NCBI RefSeq assembly: GCF_018977255.1 | Contig: NW_024704743.1 | Coordinates: 110,362,001-110,426,000 of the forward strand | From: Callorhinchus milii | Taxonomy: Eukaryota | DNA: 64,000 nucleotides | Direction of reading: 5' to 3' | Shown: piece by piece, positions 53,598-64,000 of the stretch | Layout of the letters: every line of letters starts with the position of its first letter | Position numbering within the stretch: the first letter of the stretch is position 1 | Program-made: the position numbers and the translations under genes | The notes under the pieces: model-generated | Databases searched by the model: none | What the model was told of the DNA's origin: nothing | Seen by the model: only the letters and a program-made list of their open reading frames with translations

Positions 53598-53914
53598 TAA
53601 TAATAATCCTTGCATTTGATATAGCGCTTTTCATGTCAGGAGGACATCCCAAAGCGCTTCACAGAACACACTTGTAAAGTGAATTGACTGTATATTTGTG
53701 GGCGAACGCGGCAGCCAATTGCGCACAGCAATGTCCCACAAACAGTCGTAGAATGAAAATGACCAATTTATTATTGTTTTTGGTTTTGGAGGGATTATTA
53801 TTAGGCTCTGTGTGGAGTAAGGAAACTTGCCCAAGGTTTCGCCCTGACCTGCCTGGAATTGAACTCGGGTCTCTCACTTGCAAAGTGAGTGCTCTAACCA
53901 CTGAGCTACAGGAC
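53598..53914 (-). mobile_element. Young tRNA-derived SINE (short variant) just upstream of the SPAG1 promoter
   Basis: Reverse complement of the family consensus. Confidence 0.92.
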
Positions 53915-55427
53915 GTAGCATCTTATCATGATGTTGAGACATCTCAAAGCGCTTCACAGAATTTATTGTAAAGTGAATTGACTATGTATTTTGTTTAAGA
54001 AACAGGACAGTCAATATACTCTAAATATAATATTACTGAAAAGTGATTTGACAGTTTCCTGTGTCCTAGTGTAACTGTTCAGATTTTCCTATGCCTTCTT
54101 GCAGCTGTTCAGTTTTCCAGTGAGCTGTGAGTGTTTTAATGTTATGCTGAAGTCTATTTTATACAATAGAAATTGGGTATAATACTTGTCTTTGATATAG
54201 GGCCAGGTCACCTAGTCGATGTTTCAAAGCACTTCATAGGATTTAGTGTAAAGTGTAGTTATTGTTTACTTTTAGGAAGAAGCTGCAGCCAATTTGTACA
54301 CAGCAATGTCCCACTAACAGCCATACAGTGAATGACCAATTTTATTTGGTGGATTATTGGCCAGGATACCAAGAGAAACTTCCTTCTCATTTTGAATAGT
54401 GTCATGGGATACTTAACATTTACCTAAATAGGTAGATAGTACCTTGGTTTAAATGTCTTATCCGAAGGTATCAAATTTTTATGACCACGTGGAATTAACC
54501 CTGAAGAATAAAAAGTAGAATGGGACTGCAGCAAAGTGCTAAGAAGTCAGTCTGCTGTTAGGATAGAGTTGTCCAATATGTTGACCATTGTCCAGATGTG
54601 ACCATTGCAAATAAAAGTGTGGCCAATTGAGGTTCATGCATCAGCAATGATCGGACAAAATCTCGATTAGTCACTGAGCTGAAATGATATTTGGCAGATA
54701 TCGATGGTAAATGTCTGCTGACATGGTAAACCTCCACATGTATGTGGATGACACACAAATCTACTTCTCCTCCAGCTGCGATTCCAGGTCCGCCGATGTT
54801 CGGTTGGCTTGACGGACATCAGGGCCTGGATGGGCACAAACTTCTTACAACTAAATGTTGACGAGACGGAAGCCATACTCATTGGCTTCCGTCAATGTCT
54901 TTTGTCCCGCAGCTCTGACCTCCTCAACCTCCCCGGCCAATCCCGCAGACTCACCGAACCAGTGTGGAACCCAGGCATCAGGTTCGACTCACAGTTTCCT
55001 TCCTTCCCCACATCCAATGGTGAATTGACTATATTTATGAGCAAATGCGGCAGCCAATTGCGCACAGCAGTGGCACACAAACAGTCGTGGATTGAAGCGA
55101 TCAATTTATTATTGTTTTTTTTGAGAGATTATTAACATACACAAGATCCAGCTGATTTAAAACTCCGCCGCCTTCATATTCACCCACACTAAACTCCATA
55201 CCCCTGAGACAGTTCTATCGCGCTTATATGTACACCCACAATATGGTTCGCGCTCTCTCGCAGTGTACTAAGTGGCCTCTGTTCAATCCTCACTAATGAA
55301 TGCAAGTCCCTACAACTAGGTATAACTTGACTAACAAGTTCTTCCACGACAACAGGTACTACCAATTGCTATTTAAATTAAAGCAAATTGGGAAGCTTCA
55401 GTCAATCAGAGGTTTATTTTATACCTC

Positions 55428-55996
55428 TGTGACCTAAGCTGAACCTGTTTGTGTATTCCCTCCTTTGATTTACACAGAGAGCTTGAGTTAAAGCATGTTT
55501 AAGTTAGTTCAACAGAATTTTATTGTAGCTTCAAAGAAATCGACAACCCTCTGCACTGAATCTTAAATGACACGATAAATATCAACAAACACAACTATGA
55601 GATAACAAACATAAATCACACTTACACTACACACGCTAGCAGCCACTTATAATGAAAGTTAATGTAAAAGTGCGCAAGGAACCAACCTCTGACTACTACT
55701 CATTTATAGGCAGAGCACGTACCTTGCTGTCATCAGGTAAAAAATAGCACATGGCACTCGTTCTTTTATGGGCATTGAGCCGCTCCCTGAATTAGGGTAC
55801 CCAATGTTTAATTGTATTGCACCAATTGCTTGATGTAATTGTCAGATTGTTGAAATCGACACCAGAATCAGACTTGATGGCACCAAAAGTATCAAAAATG
55901 CTAAATATATATTTAAAAAAGTATTTAAAGCAGTATTCAATATATTTAAACGACAGGCATAGAAAACAAAAGGGGTGACTGCGACACCCCATCACA
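55428..55996 (-). mobile_element. Candidate solo LTR (569 bp)
   Basis: TGTGA...TCACA termini; on the minus strand TATAAA (55703-55708) precedes AATAAA (55519-55524); no clean TSD. Confidence 0.4.
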
Positions 55997-57714
55997 CCAT
56001 TCTAGTCAGGTTTCAACCGTGCCTTCACCTCCCCTCTCGACTCTCTACCCCCTCCTCGCTCCCTCCCTTCCCTCACCCTGACCATTTCCCCCCTGCTCAG
56101 GTCCCGACCCAACTGTCCAGCGCCTTGGGACGTCCTCCCGACGTGAAAGGCGCTCTATAAATGCAATCTTGTTGTTGTTTCACTGACTCCCTATTGCCAA
56201 ACTGATCGATTTCATGATCCTCACCCTCGTTTTCAAATCCCTTCATTCCCTGCCTACCTCTCTGAACTGCTTAACGCCCCTCTCTAACCCACTACCCGCT
56301 GCCTCCACCCGACTAGCTCCGGCCTTCTACATGTTCTGCGTGCCCTCCGTTTCACCATCGCTAGCTGCGCTTTCAGTCACTATGCCCTGAAACTCTAGAA
56401 CACTCTTCCCCTATACCTCCACCTTGTCCTTTCCTTCCCCATCTTCAGGTCGCACTTGAAGACCTTCCTCTTTGACTGTGCCTAAGGTCACCTCCCCCCC
56501 CCCCCCCCCCCCCCGGCTCGGTATCGGGCTCCACAACTGTCAAGCACTCTGGGACTCTACCCTGCATGAGTTGTTGTTGATAACTCACTGAAAGATGTAA
56601 TGGACCCAGTCATTAGAATAACAATCCTTGCATTTGATATAGCACCTTATCACATCATTGAGCTGTCTCAAAGCACTTCACAGAATATACGGTTAAGTGT
56701 TCCACAAACAGTCGTGGATTGAGTGACCGAAACATTATTATTATAAAAAATTTGGGGAGGGATTATTACCCCGGAAAGCAATCCGCCATTCGAGTTACAC
56801 TGGGAATGTATGACTGAGGCTCAGAGCATAGATCGATCGATTTTTATCCTTCGTTCCTTTTCTCTCCTCTCCATTGCTTTCTATCCTGAAGATGTTCAGC
56901 TCATTTCACCCCCCCCCCACGCAGCCCTGTGGGCTGAAGGTTCTATGGCACGCCACCCCCCCCTCGAACTTTACCTCAGTGAGTAAAATGTTAGTATTGA
57001 CTGAGTGCTGACACAAAACAGGTCAGAATATGCAGAGATAGTGTATTTGGCAAATGTTCGATTGCTGAATTGCAGGATTTGGAGAGATTTGTGAAACTGC
57101 TCTGCAGATCCAAGACTTCCTGGAACAGAAAGGAAAGCTAGCAAAATTTTCAGATAGTCACTTCGGCGATGGGGACAGGAAAATGGTTCAAAGTGTTTTT
57201 GTGCAAGTAAAAAACGTATCTTTGTGAATTTTGCATTGTGTGGCCAATCTGTGTTAGGGCATGGTAGTAAATTGACAGATTAGACAGTGAGTGACTTTTA
57301 GTAGAGGGATTCACTTTAGTAGAGGGATACTTTATAGGTGGGTACAGCCTTAAAATTAGAACTGAGGAAGTAAATGGGAGGGAGGGATGACTAATGTGCT
57401 GGGCCAATAGAAAAGTGTGGAAATATTTGTCAAAAATTGCAGGGAAAGTTTTGACAAATTTTGCAGAAAATTGTAGGGAGTTGATTGGTGCTACTGAGAT
57501 ACATTTTACGACCAACCTACATTGTTTCACTTTATTGATAATAACTAAACATGAGGAAATAACACATTTTAGAAAAGTATTCATTGCTTCTTTAACAAAA
57601 ACTGGGTGGCCCATTTTTTTGAGGGAGGGAACCAACAACAACAAAATTACATTTGTATATATACAGCGAGGCTTCATGAGCTCCCCACCTCCTGCCTCTC
57701 AGGGCCCAGCACCT

Positions 57715-58025
57715 CACACACACAAACATAAACACACACAGAGACACGCACACACAGAGAGACACACATTCTCAGGGACAGACATAAACTCATGGACACA
57801 AAGACATACACACACACAGAAGAGAGATACACATTCACACAGACACTCATAAACAGACACAGAGGAGACACACTCAAACACATACATACAGAGGAGAGAC
57901 ACATAATCACAAAGAAACTCAAACAGACAGTGAGACATGCACAAACACATAGAGACACACTCCCACAGGCACTCACACATATGGAGAGACACACAGGCAC
58001 TTACAAACAGATAAGAGACAGACAA
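57715..58025. repeat. Degenerate (CA)n/(CAGA)n microsatellite
   Basis: Interrupted CA/GA dinucleotide run. Confidence 0.9.
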
Positions 58026-58488
58026 TCAGAACAACAGAGCCTCCAAGTGAAGCCCATTTCCCACTTGCGCCGCACAACGCATCCAGAGCCACCCCACGCA
58101 CGGTGATGTTGAATAAACAGCGCGAGGCCCACATGTCAGAAACTAAAAAAATTAGCAGGTTTGTAGCGGAGGGAGGTGTTTGTGGCAGATTCTGCTGAAA
58201 AAGTGAAATAAAACAGTATATATTTGATGGCCCAAATGGCTTGTTTGTGTGCTCTATCATGAACTGTTGTACTGATACATTCTGCCTCTTTGTGTGTTTT
58301 TTTAAATGCACTGAATATTACAAAACCCAACCGAACGGAAACTCAGTAGTTTTTGTGCCTTAGTTGAAGTCAATCAGTTAGTAAAGTCGAACATCAAAAT
58401 TATAAATGCACTTATTTGTGTGAAACAACACGTACAAGGAGTTGTAGCTGCCTTAAAAGATCTATAAGACAATATGTTCTAAACACAT

Positions 58489-58494
58489 TTTATT
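58489..58494 (-). terminator. Candidate POLR2K polyadenylation signal AATAAA
   Basis: tttatt on + strand about 110 nt after the stop codon in an AT-rich UTR. Confidence 0.5.
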
Positions 58495-58606
58495 ATTATT
58501 AATGTGAAAAATCATACATTGATAATGTCAGAGTAAAACAATGATAAATATAATGCAGCAAAAATGCATCAAATTCTTCTAGAAATGTAAGTGGCAGTAA
58601 TGAATT

Positions 58607-60201
58607 TCACCGGGCATCAAATACAACCACTGTACAGGTTCAGGTTAAGGAAAATCACAAATGTAAAACTGTCAGCAACCTTTTTGAAAACTGATATCCT
58701 TATTACAAATTTTATAAAAAGAAGTTATTTTACAAGCATTGCCTTTTAACTTGTATGCATTACCTTAAACCATAGGCTCTTAGGTCAGTAGTTAAACTTT
58801 TACTGCTACTGAAATGTTTCAAAGCAAAGTGAAAACCACGATTTTTAAACCACGATTTACTATAAACTGTAGTGATTTTGTACTTTAAGTGAACATCAGC
58901 ACATTGTCTTGGCTGAGACTCCAATGCAATGCCCTGCATTGTTGAAGGTGTCATCCTTCAGATGAGATGATAAACCAATTTTCACATTTGTCTGTTCAGG
59001 TAGACATCACAGATCCACCGCACTACTCAAAGAGAGAAAGGCGTTTTCATGGTGTTCTGTAAAGGGAACAACCACGACCCCCATAGCACTTATATTACAC
59101 AATATCTCATATTGCACAACAATTCATCTTATTTGATTCTTAGGAGAAAGTGACAAGTTATTCCAACTTATTGTCAGTTCATGCTTGTGCAGTTTTCTGG
59201 TAACTCCACTGGAAAGTATAATCAAAATATACTGTATTCTGCAGAAGCAGCACCGCATTATTTCAAATAATGAATAACCATCTGAAACATTTGCAAAGGA
59301 TACATCTCTTTGTTCTCTTCTTATACATGATTCTGTAACCACATTCTCTGCATCGGATTGGATCTCTGGCTTTGATTTCATTTTCAGTATGACACTCTGC
59401 AACGTAATTATAAAAACCAACACGATTTTAAATGTAATTGAGATTGATGACACAAAACCTGAATAGGAAATCTTAATAGGGAAAATTGAACATAAAGATT
59501 AATCACTGGGAATAATTGAACCTCAAGAGAAGGCATGTTTAATCTGATAATTGGGTTCACCTTTCAGCTGTACCAATTTGGTGGAGTTGCTGGATTTATA
59601 CTGATAACAACAACTCGCATTTATATAGCGCCCTTTACACCGGACGGCGTCTCGGAGCGCTTAATACAGATGCGAATGAAGACTTTGACATCATCTAAAC
59701 CAAAGTTGCATCTGAATCACCTATACATGGGACCAAAATTATAACCTTTTTTAAAAAGTCAAATTGTGATGAAAATTAAGACATTTTTAAAAAAAACCTA
59801 AAAGAGAAACAGGATTGGGGTGCAAGCTCCAATTCAGCCTCCAGTAAATAAAAATTTGTACCGAACTAGACTAGGCCCAAGATAAAAAAAAATTCTGTGG
59901 GCCCGCACACGTTTCAACTCCTGTTAGCCCACTCTCCTAGTGTGCTGGCTTTCTGGCTCCTAACCCCCTACCATCCTGCTCGCTCCCTCTGCTCAGCGGG
60001 CTCCGGCCGTGGTAGCTTTCAGCAGCCAGGGATATCTACTTGACTCAGTTGGAATTCCTAGTCTGTATGTTAACCCTAGGTCTCTGGCCTTCTATTGCTT
60101 TTAAAATGTTACCATTCTGGCTTATTGAAATAATTCTTACCTCCACAAATATAGACCATGGGCTGTTGTTTCGGAGGTTGTAAATCCTTCTGGGGATCCA
60201 T
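58607..60201 (-). CDS. POLR2K: RNA polymerases I/II/III shared subunit RPABC4 (RPB12), 58 aa; exons 60141-60201, 59304-59396, 58607-58629
   Basis: 61+93+23 nt splice to [58 protein letters not shown], with the CxxC...CxxC zinc ribbon of RPB12. Absent from the ORF track because the exons are short. Confidence 0.98.
58630..59303 (-). other. POLR2K: U12-type (minor spliceosome) GT-AG intron of POLR2K
   Basis: 5' splice site GTATCCTTT (59295-59303); branch site TTCCTTAAC (58644-58652) ending 12 nt before the terminal AG; no polypyrimidine tract between them. Confidence 0.95.
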
Positions 60202-61980
60202 TTCTACCAAATGTTCTGCTTACACTGAAAGACAAGAGTTTGTCACTGTCCTCTGAATTTTCAATCAAGTTTGTCATGCATTGCAACCCATACTGCAAAC
60301 AGTTATAGAATCAGAATTAGATTTTGATATAAAGTTAACCTGTTAACCACAAAATGACACCGGCATCTGGCAAATCTGCTACCCTCAATTTTGAGCCTCT
60401 TCACGTTGGTACATTTGCAGATTTAAATGTGCTAATAATGGTGCAGCAAAATATATTTATTATAGCAGCTATTTTATTGGGAGATGCTACCAGAGTGCAG
60501 ATACGGATTAACGATCCAAGGGTCTTTCATATTTTAGCTAGCAACACTAGAATTGTGGTTCAAAGCCATCCACTATTTGCATATTGTAGCATGCACAGGG
60601 GTGTTAGGGAAGAAGCAAATCGACCACCAGTCATAATTAGTCAACAAGACAAATAATAACCCTTGCACTTGATATAGCACCTTATGTCTTCGAGACGTCT
60701 CAAAGAGCTTCACAGAATATACCATAAGGCCATTTGATTAAATCCTGGGGGCGAAACACGGCAGCCAATTGCACACAGCAGTGTCCCACGGTTGTAGATT
60801 GAGTGACCAAATTATTATTTTATCAACTTTATTATGCCCAATGCCAAAAAATCCAGGAAACCAAACATAGAGGCACCCATAGTAAAAATGCAGCAGCTCC
60901 TCTCCAGACTCCGTTCCTATTACCAACATTGGGAACCTGCTGAGGACGGCCTAGTTTCAGTTCCTGGACAGGGGAATGTCTCTTATTCCCTCCTCTAGGC
61001 TCCTCCCAACAGGCATACTCAGCAGGGGAGCCTGTATTAGTCTATTGGGAGAGCCTATTGAAGGTTATACTGGGCTGGGGTCCAACTAATCTTTGGGTCC
61101 ATCTCTTTACAACGGAGTACGATCCCTGCACTGCCCAGTTCCTGGCTGATCCCTCGCCAAGGTCAGGAATTCAGCGGGCAGGGGCATAATCCTGGTCTCA
61201 TACTGGCTAATCGTGAGCTCACCCGACCTCAACAAGACAACACAACCTCCTACCTAATTGTGCATCCTAAGCATATTACAATATAATGCTCTGTAAAGGG
61301 AATAAATTAGAAGGTTGTCCAAGCTCCAAGTCAGGACTTTGATCTTACAATCTAGCCTTACACCCAGTGCAATGATGGGTGGGGGGGGGGGGTGTTGAGT
61401 CGTGGGAGGCGCCATTCTTCAGATATGAGGATAAACCAGACATCTGTCTTCACAAGTGGACTTGGGATGTCCTCCCAACATGAAAGGCGCTATACAAATG
61501 TAATTTGTTATTGGACACTAAAGATCCTATGGCACTATTCGGAAAGTTAATGATAATCCTTGCATTTGAATATAGCACCTTATCACGTCTTCACAACGTC
61601 TCAAAGTTCTTCACAGAATATACCGTACTGTTTATACAGAATATACCAAATTAACTGTATATTTTCTGGGAGAAATGCAGCAGCAATTCACTTTACAGCA
61701 TATTCTGTGAAGCACTTTGAGACGTTGAGAAGACGCGAAAAGTGCTATGTCAAATGCGAGGATTATTATTATTATTATTATCATCAGCTAATTGGGCACA
61801 GCCGTGTCCCACAAACAGTCGTGGATTGAGCGACCAATTTATTATTGTTATTATTTTCTTTTAAGAAACGAATACTCCTGGAAAATTGATCTGCCAATCG
61901 ACTAACAACCTTCCTGACTCACTGCCAGATAAGCACCGGTGTATGGAGTAAGGAAACATCCAGTGTCCTGGACAAGAATA

Positions 61981-62232
61981 CCCCCCCTCCTCCTCCCCAC
62001 CCCTCCCTCCCCCCCTCCTCCCCTCCCCCCCTCCTCCTCCCTCCCCCCTCCTCCTCCCCTCCCTCCTCTCCTCCTACTCCTCCCCCCCTCCTCCTCCTCC
62101 TCCCCCCCTCCTCCTCCCCCCTCCTCCTCCCCCCCTCCTCCCCCCTCCTCCTCCCTCTCCTCCTCCCCTCCTCCCCCCTCCTCCTCCCCTCCTCTCCCCT
62201 CCCCCCTCCTCCTCCTCCTCCTCCCCGTCCCC
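61981..62232. repeat. (CCT)n/C-rich low-complexity polypyrimidine tract
   Basis: About 250 nt consisting almost only of C and T. Confidence 0.95.
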
Positions 62233-62249
62233 CAAACCAGGGTTTTCAG

Positions 62250-62800
62250 GTCCCCTCAGACCCCGGGTCGGTCGGGGTCAGAGGCTTTGACCTGACTCAT
62301 GTCGCCGACACAACACACGCCGACACAACAAACTGACCAACGTCACAAAAAAGCTCCTGGGCCTCGAGGTCGGTCTGCGCTGCCGGGAACCAGCGTGTGC
62401 TCCCGCCGGCGTGACTCAGACACTATATGTATGTGTGTGTGTGTGTCTCCCCCGCGGATGACTTACCTGCCGTTGGTGCCTTATTATTGCGGTTTATTAT
62501 TCTCGTGAACCCGATCTGAACGCCACCGCCGCCGCGAGCCCTGCGCCGGCCGCCGGAAGAGACCGCGCGCCGCTTCCGGTTGCCGGCTGCTGGGACCGGG
62601 GGGGGGGTTGGCCCCGCCTCCTGGCCAATCGCGGGCTGGACACGAAATTCGAACGCGCGCGAGTAACGACAGAAGCTCGAGCGGCGTCGGCGGGTGAGTC
62701 ACCACCACCCGCTCCCCTCCCCCCGAGGAGCCACAGCCGCGCTGCACACACAGGTGCCACTGCTGTTAAGTCTATTGTGTGTTGGTGGTGGTGTTGGGGA
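62250..62800. promoter_or_regulatory. POLR2K CpG-island promoter, probably bidirectional; paired ETS sites 62553-62559 and 62573-62579, GC box 62611-62619, CCAAT 62625-62629
   Basis: Very CpG-rich, motifs read directly, with outward-facing splice donors on both strands. Confidence 0.8.
62467..62570 (-). other. POLR2K: Candidate non-coding exon 1 of POLR2K (5' end approximate)
   Basis: Consensus CAG|GTAAGT donor at 62467/62466 inside a CpG island. The ATG exon has an acceptor (ttggtag|AA ATG), so an upstream exon is required. Confidence 0.75.
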
Positions 62801-64000
62801 GAGCGAGCGATGACCGTTATATATATATATATATATATGTTCTCCTGCGAGCAGCTCCCGGTTCTCTCCAGAGCTTGTTTGTGAGGAGGAGAGAGAGAAG
62901 AGTGGGGGCAGGAGGGGAGGGAGGGAAGGAAGGAGAGAGAGAGAGACGAAAGAGGAGGAAAGAAATGGAGGAGATGTTTTTTTTCTGCCACGAAACACGC
63001 TGTGGCGAGTGAAGCCCAGAAGCAGTTACTGGCCTCATTGGAAGAGAGGGATGAGGAGAGAAAGAAAGGAAAGGAAAGAGGGAGGAACCAGGAGGGGAGA
63101 GAGGAATGACTGGAGGAGGAGGGAGGGAGGAGGAGGGAGGGAGGAGGAGGGGAATTAATTGATCAAATTCACCCTTTCCTTCAATTCGAAGACCATTTGG
63201 AAAAACCTGACAAACGCTGATTTTTTTTTTAAAAAACAAAAGACCCATTTAAAGCTGCAAACTTGCAAAAGCTTTAGCGTAACACGGTCTTCGGGATTCA
63301 CAACTCAAAACGACAGGGACTTGTCACCGTGGGTGTGACCTGCGACACACACACACACACACCCCCACCCACACCCTCCTGTTCCTGTGCTGATGGAAAA
63401 CATGGCTGTTTCCCAAGTCGTCAGCTCTTGTTTGCAGCGCACACGCAAAGCAGAAAAGTGACTTGATAGCCTATCAATTGGCCTTTTTTTATATATGTTG
63501 CTGGTGATTTGCATCATTTACTTGATTGTAAATACGACCCCCCCACACACACACACCACCCCCCCACCCCCCAACAGCAGCCTGGCTGTTGGGAGAGCAG
63601 CACTAAAAGCTCCAGTATTTCCTCTCGACGTGTATGTGCGCCCTCACTTCTCGGGCAGCGAGTAACTGCTTCTGGGCACATCCTCTGGCTATGGTATGCG
63701 CTTGCAGATGTGGTTATTTCATGTTGATCTGCCTGGATAAAGTCGTCGCTTCGGACGATGGGAGTCCCGGTGAACAGTTTCTAAGAGGCAGTTCTGAATT
63801 AACCTGAAGCTGCCAATGGTTTAGGTGACAGCAGCTGCTGAGCCACTGCTGCCTGGCAGTGACCTGGCAGTGTATTTATTGTTGCAGCTGCGGTGACTTC
63901 GTGTAAATATAATTATTACTTGGGGAGTTTGCAGGGCTATGGGGAGAGAGCGGGGGGTGGGATTGATTTGAACAGCTCTATTCAAAGAGACACAGACACA

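Noticed and set aside
57150..58106. Overlapping 100-175 aa ORFs on both strands
   Set aside because: Largely microsatellite-derived (CVCV/HTHT) or AT-rich, with no recognisable domain or splice context.
61939..62295. Proline/serine-rich 118-aa ORF
   Set aside because: Translation of a (CCT)n low-complexity tract within POLR2K intron 1, on the antisense strand.

Overview
Vertebrate nuclear DNA, almost certainly from a cartilaginous fish; the repeat content suggests a chimaera/elephant-shark-like genome (inference). Two complete intron-containing genes lie on the minus strand. SPAG1 (TPR/RPAP3_C co-chaperone, axonemal dynein assembly factor) has a candidate non-coding exon 1 near 53211 and 18 coding exons from ATG 51818 to stop 21770. 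These splice in phase into 2973 nt, giving 990 aa. POLR2K (RPB12/RPABC4, 58 aa) has coding exons 60141-60201, 59304-59396 and 58607-58629, and its last intron is a textbook U12-type (minor spliceosome) intron. CpG-island promoters sit at about 52.7-53.4 kb and 62.25-62.8 kb, and both show signs of being bidirectional. The rest is dense with tRNA-derived SINEs, L2 and CR1 LINE fragments, Penelope-like ends, a probable solo LTR and microsatellites. The most notable signals are the U12 intron, an RFX X-box plus CDE/CHR promoter at SPAG1, a candidate internal SPAG1 promoter ahead of an MGNILKK start, a SINE tail that supplies a splice donor, and several rearranged or nested retroelements. I found no wholly novel gene system.
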